Of a stretch of 64,000 nt of DNA, positions 18,773 to 27,523 are shown in pieces (the stretch's first letter is position 1; every line of letters starts with the position of its first letter). Source of the DNA: a virus; the UHGV virus genome UHGV-0225074; one strand, 5' to 3'. The translations under genes were made by a program, and so were the position numbers. The notes under the pieces are model-generated. The model was given only the letters and a program-made list of their open reading frames with translations. It ran no database searches and was not told the DNA's origin.

Positions 18773-19387
18773 ATGGCGACACTTTACTCTGACTTCTTAA
18801 TGGACCCGGTAACAGGAGACCTTGATGTTTCTACAGGTCTTCAGTTGATAGACTCCAATCAAGTAAGTCTACGACAGCGCTTATGGCTAAGGTTTAATGT
18901 GTGGGCAGGGGATTGGTATTTTGATGAGACCTTTGGATTTCCCTATAGAACCTACATAAGCAAAAAGGTTATGAAGACGGTCCTTGATAATAAGATAAAG
19001 GAAATAACCCGTCTTGAACCGGATGTTTTAGAAATTGCAGATTTCCAGTCTGTAATGGACCATACAACAAGAAGCTATTCTGCCTTCTTTGAAGTCTTAA
19101 CAAAAGAGCAGGAGATTGTAAGAATAGCCTTCGTAGGCGGTGATGATTACTACTACCCGACGCCAGACCCTGAAACAACAACCCTTTGCGGGGATGAGGG
19201 TTGGATACCTTGGGGAAATAAGTTATACTACCTTATCAACTTTAGGTTACCTAAGACTGGTGATGCAACTTGGTGGAACACTTGGGGCGGCGATATGGAA
19301 AATCCTGTGACCCCCGGATCATTACTAACTCGTAAAAGTACGCCTATTGTTACGCCAGAAGACAACACAATTAATACTATTAAATAA
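18773..19387 (+). CDS. baseplate wedge protein, gp25/gpW-like with C-terminal extension
   Basis: N-terminus TLYSDFLMDP...STGLQL...SLRQRLWLRF...DETFGFPY follows the T4 gp25 pattern (LYSDID...LGL.S...FDP.FG); SD GGTGAGGAG. Confidence 0.5.
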   Translation: MATLYSDFLMDPVTGDLDVSTGLQLIDSNQVSLRQRLWLRFNVWAGDWYFDETFGFPYRTYISKKVMKTVLDNKIKEITRLEPDVLEIADFQSVMDHTTRSYSAFFEVLTKEQEIVRIAFVGGDDYYYPTPDPETTTLCGDEGWIPWGNKLYYLINFRLPKTGDATWWNTWGGDMENPVTPGSLLTRKSTPIVTPEDNTINTIK

Positions 19388-19399
19388 TCGGGAGAAAAA

Positions 19400-21043
19400 A
19401 TGTCAATACCAACTACAAGGATCTCGGAACTTCCTCCATCCTCTACACTTGCAGGGACTGACCTGCTTGTTGTGGAGCAAGTAGATGCTACGAAAAAGAC
19501 AACCTTAAGTCAACTAGTTTCTGATATGGATATATCCAGAGAAACTATGTTTGCTGATGATGATAGTGCGAGCCTTATAGGGACAGCCACAGGTAAAACA
19601 GTTGAGGAATCCATTAGGGCTGCTTCGGGGAATTCACAGGCACTCTTTCCCCAACTTATTAACAAACTAACCGCCTATCGTCATGGTGCCTCTGGGCAGA
19701 CGCAGTTTCTACTGTACGGATTTGGGTCTTCTGTGGGGAATGGTGCAACATTACCAGATCCTGCCACCCAAGCTCCTGTGGCTAAATTCTTTGAATTCTT
19801 TAACAAAACCATTAATAAAGGTGGGATATATCCACTATCCTTTGTAAATAGATCTGTAAACGGGTCAACGATCAATAATTTTTTGGTTGACCAATGGCCT
19901 GCTGTTGTTGCTACCGGGACATATCCAGATATTGCCTTATTCGTGTATGGGATGAATGATTTTCCCACAGCAAACTACAACGCAGGTCAGACTTTCAACG
20001 AGAATGGGTTTAAGCAAAGATTAAGAGCTGCAATCAGAAATGTTAGGGATGCAGGTGGTGACGTTATTCTTACTACCACCCCACATCCTAATATCCCCAT
20101 TTATTCTTGGAGTATGCCTCCGGGTGTCGCCCAAGTATGGCCTTCTCCTTCCCCGGCCCCCGTTTCTGATGATAATATTATTCCTTCCGCTGCCGAGTCA
20201 AATGTAGATTTGGTATGGAATGGTGTGACCATTACGGTGGGCCATCGTTTCTTGCGAGGAAACGATGCTATTCGCCAGATTGCTGTAGAAATGGGTTGTG
20301 TTCTTATCGATGTCGAAAAATATTGGTTCGATGCCCTTGCCAAGTATGGTATTAGCGCATTGTTTAACAGTGGGCAAACTGTTCACCCTAACCTTCTGGG
20401 GCATCAGGAATCATATTGGCTTGCATTCGAGGAATTCTTTGCCAACATGGATAAAAATGGATGGATTGCACCAGATGCTGGCAAAAAAGACCTATTCGAA
20501 GTAGGTGGTACGGGAAGCTACCCAAACCCTAAAGAGGCTGACGTAGACCTCCAAAGCAATGGTGTGAGGTCTTATAGTTTCGTGCTGAGAGATAAGTTTT
20601 CAAGAAAAATTGAGCATGTTAGCCAAGTCGGGGAGGTAACAAGATGGTCCTACACCTCTCAAGAACCGACAACATCCAGTCCGGGATATAATCTACAATG
20701 GATTGAATATCACACTAGGACGAAAGGACTTTATGCCGCTGGGGATACTCAACTTATCACCATACCGAACCGGACAACCAAGAAAATTTTTATCGATGTT
20801 TGGACCTCTGCTCAAACAAGTTGGGCGCAGGCTGTTGAACTGATTGCTACTAACCGGGAAGGGGTGGTAACTTATACGGTTATCGGCAATCATGACCAGA
20901 CACCAGGCACTGGTTCTGCGACAGGGGGTTCAAGACTCTTTACCTTGTCCACAGTAGATGGGACAACCGATGGAGGTATAGTTGTCTCCATCACAACCAA
21001 TAATTCATCTTTGAAGTATAGAATTGTTGGCTTTGGAACATAA
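19400..21043 (+). CDS. tailspike with SGNH/GDSL esterase domain (paralogue B)
   Basis: N-terminal anchor RISELPPSSTLAGTDLLVVEQVDATKKTTL; SGNH blocks GFGSSVGNG, GMNDF, TVHPNLLGH. Confidence 0.6.
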   Translation: MSIPTTRISELPPSSTLAGTDLLVVEQVDATKKTTLSQLVSDMDISRETMFADDDSASLIGTATGKTVEESIRAASGNSQALFPQLINKLTAYRHGASGQTQFLLYGFGSSVGNGATLPDPATQAPVAKFFEFFNKTINKGGIYPLSFVNRSVNGSTINNFLVDQWPAVVATGTYPDIALFVYGMNDFPTANYNAGQTFNENGFKQRLRAAIRNVRDAGGDVILTTTPHPNIPIYSWSMPPGVAQVWPSPSPAPVSDDNIIPSAAESNVDLVWNGVTITVGHRFLRGNDAIRQIAVEMGCVLIDVEKYWFDALAKYGISALFNSGQTVHPNLLGHQESYWLAFEEFFANMDKNGWIAPDAGKKDLFEVGGTGSYPNPKEADVDLQSNGVRSYSFVLRDKFSRKIEHVSQVGEVTRWSYTSQEPTTSSPGYNLQWIEYHTRTKGLYAAGDTQLITIPNRTTKKIFIDVWTSAQTSWAQAVELIATNREGVVTYTVIGNHDQTPGTGSATGGSRLFTLSTVDGTTDGGIVVSITTNNSSLKYRIVGFGT

Positions 21044-21069
21044 TTAGCAAGGGACCTTACGGTCCCTTC

Positions 21070-21098
21070 TTTTAAATCTTTGAACTTTGTGGTAAAAT
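21070..21098 (+). promoter_or_regulatory. late-type promoter with extended -10 TGGTAAAAT
   Basis: TGTGGTAAAATG 30 nt upstream of the tailspike start; weak -35 TTTTAA. Confidence 0.35.
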
Positions 21099-21130
21099 GT
21101 ACTAATGTTAAGAAGAGGGGTAAATATAAG

Positions 21131-22780
21131 ATGCTACAGAGTGTTAAAATTTCAGAGTTGCCAAGTGCGGACACTCTCACAGAAGATGACCTGATCGTAG
21201 TTGATCAACCAGACGATACAAAGAAGGCAACTTTATTTCAAGTTTTTAGCCACCTTGAAGATACCGTTGAACAGTCAGTGCTGGTGGAGCTGGCACAGCC
21301 AACAGGCGCTAGTAAAATTGGATTGTCACAAGGCGGAAATCTCCAGCAGTCCGTTCTGTATTTCACACCTGACCAAGACGGAGCGATCGGCGACGGTGTG
21401 AATGACGATTCAGACCATGTGCAGAACATTTTTAATAAAGCAGCGGCAGCTGCTATTGCTTCACCGTCTGGGATTTTTATCCCGCAAACGGTGAAGATTA
21501 ATCGCACGTATAGAGTAACAAAAACATTAACGATTGACGGGTCGAAAGTTAGAGTCGAGAGCGACGCTGGCGGTTGCCTGTATTTTGACCCGGCGGGGAC
21601 ATATACAGATAATCGGGGTATTGTTGTAACAAATAACGCCAATTTAGCCGCATTCATCGGCAACGCGAAGCCTCTTTTCAGTGGGATTGCTTTTCTTACG
21701 ACCGGGAACACTCTTGATCTTTTCTACGCAGTACGCGGGGACGCTGTTTCTTCTAATAACGGTGCGTGTTTACATCACATTAACTCTTGTGTTTTCAGAG
21801 GGTTTAACAGACTTTTTACCCACGGCGCTGGCGGCTGGGGATGGGTATGGATGGCATGCACTGCTACAAATACTCAATTCTGGCTCTATCTTACCAGTGA
21901 GGCTGATACATACGAGCGGCACAGTTTCTTTGGCTGTCAATGGGGTTCCGGCGGCACGGCTCTATATATCAACAACCCGAATGGGAAGGTTTATTGGGAA
22001 GCCGGGTCGGTTGATTACTGCACAAGTATCGCAACTGTGGTTTCTGGGCATTTCTCGATGTCTGGGCATTACGAATTTACGGGAAGAACATCATCCCTGA
22101 TTAACATAACAGGATCTAACGCATCCGTGTCGCTAGAGGGTATGTGGGCCATTGTTGGCAATACCTCAACGAAGTGGTACTTGGTAAACCAATTCCAAGA
22201 CTATCAATTATCGATAGATAAGCTAACAGTTATCCATGATGGTAACAATATAGCCAGCGGCCTATTTTCAAACAAGAAATTCAGAAAGGGGTATATTTAT
22301 TTCCCGAGCGATGCCGCGAAACTAATGGGCTATTTTTCTTCTGACACAGAGTTGCTTCTTGATTCATCAGGATATTTTGACTTCTCGCTATCAAATTCTG
22401 CGATTACCACTGCCTCTATATCAGGAGGTCAGTTAAGATATACCGGTGTAGGGGGAGCTGGAACTACTTCATATTTATATGTTGATATACCTATACATGG
22501 GGCGTCTCAGATTTCGTTCATGTTGACCGCATCTTATACCTCCACCCTCGGCCCGATGGTGATGACTAAACAATTGCTTACTTCCGGTAAGACGTTGATA
22601 ACTGCTTTAACGGAGGGTACTGCGAGTTGGGCAACGGGATCTTCATCGGTAACGGGCGGGATGAGGACCATAAAAGAGATACCACCCGGTGCCTCCTTCT
22701 TACGTTTAATTTTCAATGGGTTTTATTTGAACTCAACGACGAGTTTCAACATTGAAAGCATAAAACTATGGAGAGCTTAA
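21131..22780 (+). CDS. tailspike, beta-helix type (paralogue C)
   Basis: ATG 21131 gives N-terminus MLQSVKISELPSADTLTEDDLIVVDQPDDTKKATL matching the anchor module; Gly/Thr/Asn-rich beta-helix repeats; the 21080 start in the track lacks an SD. Confidence 0.55.
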   Translation: MLQSVKISELPSADTLTEDDLIVVDQPDDTKKATLFQVFSHLEDTVEQSVLVELAQPTGASKIGLSQGGNLQQSVLYFTPDQDGAIGDGVNDDSDHVQNIFNKAAAAAIASPSGIFIPQTVKINRTYRVTKTLTIDGSKVRVESDAGGCLYFDPAGTYTDNRGIVVTNNANLAAFIGNAKPLFSGIAFLTTGNTLDLFYAVRGDAVSSNNGACLHHINSCVFRGFNRLFTHGAGGWGWVWMACTATNTQFWLYLTSEADTYERHSFFGCQWGSGGTALYINNPNGKVYWEAGSVDYCTSIATVVSGHFSMSGHYEFTGRTSSLINITGSNASVSLEGMWAIVGNTSTKWYLVNQFQDYQLSIDKLTVIHDGNNIASGLFSNKKFRKGYIYFPSDAAKLMGYFSSDTELLLDSSGYFDFSLSNSAITTASISGGQLRYTGVGGAGTTSYLYVDIPIHGASQISFMLTASYTSTLGPMVMTKQLLTSGKTLITALTEGTASWATGSSSVTGGMRTIKEIPPGASFLRLIFNGFYLNSTTSFNIESIKLWRA

Positions 22781-22948
22781 ATGTTAAATATCAATGAAGT
22801 TGTGATATGTACGAACAACGAAAATGCAGCAGATTTATTAAATCTTGGCACAGAGTACACAATAGAAAGCGTTACCAATGAAGGCCTGGTAACACTTATT
22901 GGTGTAGATGGGCTATTCTGTGACTGGCGCTTTGTGAACAACGAGTAA
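22781..22948 (+). CDS. small hypothetical protein, translationally coupled to the tailspike
   Basis: 55 aa, ATG 1 nt after the tailspike stop with GGAGAG 5 nt upstream; not in the ORF track (<60 aa). Confidence 0.25.
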   Translation: MLNINEVVICTNNENAADLLNLGTEYTIESVTNEGLVTLIGVDGLFCDWRFVNNE

Positions 22949-23163
22949 CGAACAGAAACGACTGTTATTGTATTGTTTTGGGAAACGATAGAAGGCCGAG
23001 TTAATGGAATACGCAACAATTCACACTAACTACGGCCTGCAACGGTTAGTGAATAACAATCTCCTGTGGCGGATATGATAGCCCCACCTCCGCCTGTAAA
23101 GCCTTAACAATTATATGGCAGTCACCATTGACCATCTCAAACGAATTTCTTGGAGGATAAAAA

Positions 23164-26100
23164 ATGGCCTTAGAAAAGATTAAAATTGCGGAGTTACCAT
23201 CCGCAACCCAAGTAGTTGAAGACGACTACCTCGTTGTAGAACAACCAGATAAGACCAAAAAGGCCACTGTCTCTCAGGTTATCTCGGACTTAGACTTGGC
23301 AAATAAATCATCCTTGACAGGACCTGGTGGAGCTGCCATTATTGGCACAGAAGATGGTCAGGGAGTTCAGAAGAGTCTTGATACCGATCGCGCAAACACA
23401 AGAGAGCTTTGGAGAAGAGCGCTCCACGATCTTGGTTTTACACTTGTGGATGGATCTTTTGAGGAAGGTGCTGTTCTTTCTTATACAACAGATGCCATTT
23501 GGCATATGGATGGAGCACAATGCTACACTTGGGCAGGTACATTCCCTAAAACTGTGCCTGCTGACTCAACTCCGTCCACAACAGGCGGCGTTTCAACATC
23601 TGCATGGGTTACTGTTGGTGGGTTAAGCCTTCTTGATGAGATGACTGTTCTTAAAAATGAAGCGGAAGATGCAAGGGATGAAGCCCAATCTTATGCTTTA
23701 CAGGCTTCAGAGCTTGGAAATCTGTATGCCTCTACTAGTGAAGGTATTGCTGCAACAACAGATGGGCAATATTTTCAAGTCCCGCAGGGGGCTGGAGCAT
23801 CCGTAGCTTATAAGGTATATAAAAATACAGCGGGGACCGCTGTAGAGGTTGCTACAGTTCCCGGAATTGGGGCAATACTGAATACCACAAGGGAATACCC
23901 AACGTTATCCGCAGCTCAAGCGGAGGTTTCCGCTGGTAATATTTCAGCGGGCGCTAAGGTAAGAATCACCAGCAGCTTGAACTCTCTTGTTTCGGAAGAG
24001 TATGTTAATAACTCTGGAACATTGGTATCTACGGGAAAGAAAACCCCCAGTAAATCTTCAGTGCTGCTAGGATCAGTGGATAATTGGACTAATAATAACC
24101 TTTATCCTTTTTCTTCCTTTTCCAGTACCAACGAAAATTCTATATCTTTAGTGGCCCCTCAAGTTTCTACAACAACCTATAGAGAGGCATATGCCACCTT
24201 GGTTTCAGGTGTCGCCACCGGGGATATCATCACCGTAAGGTATAAATTCACCGGGACAGGTGCCGCCCCCACCGTAGGGTTAAAAACCTCTCTTAATGGT
24301 ACGTTCGTAAGTAATCAGCCTGTTCTGGTAGCAAGTGATATTTGGCAAGAGGTTAAACTAACGGCCACGGCATCAACAGCAACATTGCTAACAGTGAGTG
24401 TAAATACAACCTTGGCAACAAACCTCCAGATTTCAATAATTGCCTATGGAAGTAATAAAAACTCAATAACATCATCCATTCTTTCTGCAATGGATGGACA
24501 AGGGATGCTGACCAACAAAATAAAGATAGGCTCTGTTAATACTTGGGTGAATAACCAAGGATATCCTTTTTCTTCCTTCTCGCAAGACAACGATAACAGG
24601 GTTACCTATGGTAATCCCGGTGGGACATATTCTGAGATGTATGGTAATATAGATGTTCCATCCGGTCAAAGTGTATCTTTAAACTATTCTTTGACAACAA
24701 CTTCGGGAAGATTATTTGCTAGATTGGCTAATGGTAGCACATGGACAAGTGATGAAGTTCAATTAGCTTCTGGCGGAGTAAGGCAAGAGGTTAAGCTTAC
24801 GGCGACTGCCGCTACTAAGCAGCTTAAAATTTACTCCAAGGCTGAGGTGTCCTCTGGTAGTATTTTCACAGAGGTAAATTACGGGCAGAGGAACGCTTTG
24901 ACAGAACAAATAGATTCGCTGTATACCGCAATTGCATCTGCAAACGCAATCTTGGCAATTTTGTCTCAGGCATCGACCTTTGATAGTTTTGTTAAGAGTT
25001 CTCCTTACACCTATACCCTTTCCGATTCCGGGACTTCGTATAAGCAGTTATTAAATTCAGTTGCTACGGTTTCTGGAGCATCCTCCATCAAGATGATGTA
25101 TAAGATAACCTCATCAACCGCAGCATTAAAAATACAAAGTCGTAATGGTAATGCTTGGGGAGCAAATGAAAAACCCCTTACTGCGGATGGAAAGTATCAT
25201 GAGATTGATCTGCCGATTGCAGCCGGGCAGGTTTTCTCTGGTTGGGGAGTGTACTCTCAGCCTAAAGCGGGGGGTTATTCTGCTGATGTGACAATGATAC
25301 CTATCTCAGCAGATGGCGTGTTTTTTACACCCGCGACAGCCATACTTTATGGGTTAATGATGTCCTCTTCATCATTGGATTCAAGGGTATCTGCCTTAGA
25401 GAGTGGGTCAGGACAACAGCCACAGGATACAACCGTTATATTTCCATCTTATTTTTATGCTGTAGACGGTAGACCTCTGAGATTTTATGGATCAAACATG
25501 GTCAGTGGAAATAGGCCTTGGAGAAATGGGGCAGATATTGTTCTGTCAAGTCATGGGTATGATGGAAAACCTATATTGCTGAAAGACGTTGTGCCAGATG
25601 CAATGATAATGCCTTCAGAAATAAATGGTTCTACCTTGAATGTGAATGCTCGTGCAGACAACTCTGGGAATATTTATCGTAAAAAAGCAGCCTTTTCAAA
25701 ATTAGCATCATCACAGAGTGGCAGTGTCAAAGTTGCGACTATTATGGATTCTTTGGGCGAGCGTTGTGTACCTTGGTTATACTTTGCTATCAACTCAACA
25801 GGGGCAACTTACGTTGGTGCAGGATCTCGTACCACGAGGGGTATGACGGACGATGGTGGATATGTTCTTCCAAACACACCATCAGCTGGCATTCCTTTTG
25901 ATGGGCGTGGTGGTTGGACGACGTTCGACTATATTGGAAAGACCCAGAAAACAAACTTTTCACAACCGTTCCTGCGCGATGCGACGAGCACAGACTTAGC
26001 TGCATATCCGCAGTATTGTTTCGATAAGGCGTACTCTGGTCAGAGCTATGCAGACAACCCTAATCTGTCCGCGTATCATATTTTCGACGTGACAGCATGG

Positions 26101-26559
26101 ATGGCTGCGGCTGGAGTGAGCGCGAGCGACAAACTGGTGGTTGTTATTCAGCTTGGATACAATGATTTGTACTATAACTACACTCCGCAGCAGACCGCCG
26201 ACGCGCAGGAATTCATGATCGCTAAATTCCGTGAGAAGATAGCAGATTCTCGCTTTGTGATTTCACACCAGGCTTTCGGATGGTCAGGAGTCAGTGCCCC
26301 GCAGAACTGGCCCGATTTTGCTAAATGGATCACGCAGAAGCTGCGAAAATTTGATAACCGTCTTGGTGAAAAAATTATCGTTGCTCCCGCTTGGGCACAA
26401 TTGAGCTATAAGTATGGAATGAACGAAACTATCACAGCAACCAGTGATACAGGTGTTCAAACCGTGGCGCTTTCTGATGATGTTCATCCAGGAGAACTCG
26501 GTGGCGCACAATGGGGAGACGCCATGTTGGGGCCTGTACTTGCTGCTTGGGCATTATAA
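23164..26559 (+). CDS. long tail fibre/tailspike with tandem CBM-like repeats and C-terminal SGNH esterase (paralogue D)
   Basis: 1131 aa; anchor KIAELPSATQVVEDDYLVVEQPDKTKKATV; two ~130-aa internal repeats (VDNWTNNNLYPFSSFS / VNTWVNNQGYPFSSFS ... QEVKLTATA); C-terminal SGNH blocks IMDSLGE, LGYNDL, DDVHPGE; SD TGGAGGATAAAAA. Confidence 0.6.
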   Translation: MALEKIKIAELPSATQVVEDDYLVVEQPDKTKKATVSQVISDLDLANKSSLTGPGGAAIIGTEDGQGVQKSLDTDRANTRELWRRALHDLGFTLVDGSFEEGAVLSYTTDAIWHMDGAQCYTWAGTFPKTVPADSTPSTTGGVSTSAWVTVGGLSLLDEMTVLKNEAEDARDEAQSYALQASELGNLYASTSEGIAATTDGQYFQVPQGAGASVAYKVYKNTAGTAVEVATVPGIGAILNTTREYPTLSAAQAEVSAGNISAGAKVRITSSLNSLVSEEYVNNSGTLVSTGKKTPSKSSVLLGSVDNWTNNNLYPFSSFSSTNENSISLVAPQVSTTTYREAYATLVSGVATGDIITVRYKFTGTGAAPTVGLKTSLNGTFVSNQPVLVASDIWQEVKLTATASTATLLTVSVNTTLATNLQISIIAYGSNKNSITSSILSAMDGQGMLTNKIKIGSVNTWVNNQGYPFSSFSQDNDNRVTYGNPGGTYSEMYGNIDVPSGQSVSLNYSLTTTSGRLFARLANGSTWTSDEVQLASGGVRQEVKLTATAATKQLKIYSKAEVSSGSIFTEVNYGQRNALTEQIDSLYTAIASANAILAILSQASTFDSFVKSSPYTYTLSDSGTSYKQLLNSVATVSGASSIKMMYKITSSTAALKIQSRNGNAWGANEKPLTADGKYHEIDLPIAAGQVFSGWGVYSQPKAGGYSADVTMIPISADGVFFTPATAILYGLMMSSSSLDSRVSALESGSGQQPQDTTVIFPSYFYAVDGRPLRFYGSNMVSGNRPWRNGADIVLSSHGYDGKPILLKDVVPDAMIMPSEINGSTLNVNARADNSGNIYRKKAAFSKLASSQSGSVKVATIMDSLGERCVPWLYFAINSTGATYVGAGSRTTRGMTDDGGYVLPNTPSAGIPFDGRGGWTTFDYIGKTQKTNFSQPFLRDATSTDLAAYPQYCFDKAYSGQSYADNPNLSAYHIFDVTAWMAAAGVSASDKLVVVIQLGYNDLYYNYTPQQTADAQEFMIAKFREKIADSRFVISHQAFGWSGVSAPQNWPDFAKWITQKLRKFDNRLGEKIIVAPAWAQLSYKYGMNETITATSDTGVQTVALSDDVHPGELGGAQWGDAMLGPVLAAWAL

Positions 26560-26579
26560 CAGAGACACAGAGGTAATAT

Positions 26580-27413
26580 ATGTCAAGTGATTTGCCAGTC
26601 ATTAAGATAAGAAATCTTTCTGATAAGGTGTTAGTATCAGATACTGATGAGCTAATTATCCAGTCATCTGTTGATACAGAAAAAACCACTATTAGTAAGT
26701 TCATTTCTGATATTGGAATCTTAAAGAAAGGTGATATCATGGATGTCTCAGGGGCCTCTTTGGTCGGGACACATTCAGGATCAACTGTCCAGCAAGTTCT
26801 GGACAGTCTTTCAAACAAGTGGCAAAATCTATCCAATGGGTATTATTTCGCCACCTCTGGAAACGAAGTTGGGACATATGTAGATACAATATCTATAAGC
26901 CCAGTGCAAAGGTCTTATGGTGTCCAGATATCCACATCATTGTCGGCATTTTCCCCTAAACGGGATAACTTTATTTCCAACGGTACTACAGCTCTTCGTT
27001 GGAATCAAGTTTATGCTGTGAACAGTGTGATCTCTACGTCAAATAAGAAAAAGAAAACTAACCTTCGCCAAATTTCAACCGCAGAAATAAAAGCGTTCTA
27101 TGAGATTGGAAAACTAGACTCTGTCTGGCAATGGTTGGCAAAATACTCTTCTGAAAAAGGTTTAGCTAGACTCCATTCGGGGCCTACTGTACAAGATGCT
27201 ATCAAGATTATGCTTAAGTATGGTCTTGATTGGACGAAATACTCAGCATTTTGCTATGATAAGTGGGAGGCTGATGGTGATAACCCAGCAGGAGAAGAGT
27301 ACGCTTTCAGAAAAGAAGAACTTTTATTCTGGATACTTAGAGCAACAATAGCGGTGCAGGAAGATCTTGACAAGCGCCTTTCAGCCTTGGAAGATTCTTT
27401 GTCCGGCAACTAA
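26580..27413 (+). CDS. short receptor-binding-protein paralogue (E) with possible C-terminal intramolecular-chaperone-like segment
   Basis: anchor variant IKIRNLSDKVLVSDTDELIIQSSVDTEKTTI; C-terminal region (TSNKKKKTNLRQIS...GLARLHSGPTVQDAIKIM...coiled coil) loosely resembles S74-type fibre chaperone domains; SD AGAGGTAATATA. Confidence 0.4.
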   Translation: MSSDLPVIKIRNLSDKVLVSDTDELIIQSSVDTEKTTISKFISDIGILKKGDIMDVSGASLVGTHSGSTVQQVLDSLSNKWQNLSNGYYFATSGNEVGTYVDTISISPVQRSYGVQISTSLSAFSPKRDNFISNGTTALRWNQVYAVNSVISTSNKKKKTNLRQISTAEIKAFYEIGKLDSVWQWLAKYSSEKGLARLHSGPTVQDAIKIMLKYGLDWTKYSAFCYDKWEADGDNPAGEEYAFRKEELLFWILRATIAVQEDLDKRLSALEDSLSGN

Positions 27414-27436
27414 CCACCCTCCGGGGTGGTTTTTTC
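27413..27436 (+). terminator. rho-independent terminator
   Basis: ACCACCC tccg GGGTGGT followed by TTTTTT. Confidence 0.7.
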
Positions 27437-27459
27437 ATTTACAGCCCCTTCCCCTTTAT

Positions 27460-27488
27460 TTGCAAAACACTGCCACGTATGGTAAAAT
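27460..27488 (+). promoter_or_regulatory. late-type promoter TTGCAA-N17-TGGTAAAAT
   Basis: identical -35 (TTGCAA) and spacing to the promoter at 1122. Confidence 0.5.
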
Positions 27489-27523
27489 ATACAAAAGAAT
27501 CATGGTCCTGAAAGGAGGACGAA

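Noticed and set aside
21080-21130. Longer start (MNFVVKC...) for the beta-helix tailspike
   Set aside because: It would place the conserved anchor motif 17 residues into the protein, unlike its four paralogues, and the ATG overlaps the putative promoter -10 with no SD.
22949-23163. 215-bp non-coding gap between tailspike genes, examined for a tRNA or promoter
   Set aside because: No cloverleaf-compatible GTTC...GAA(T/C)C pattern was seen, and only weak TATGAT-like promoter elements; nothing supportable.
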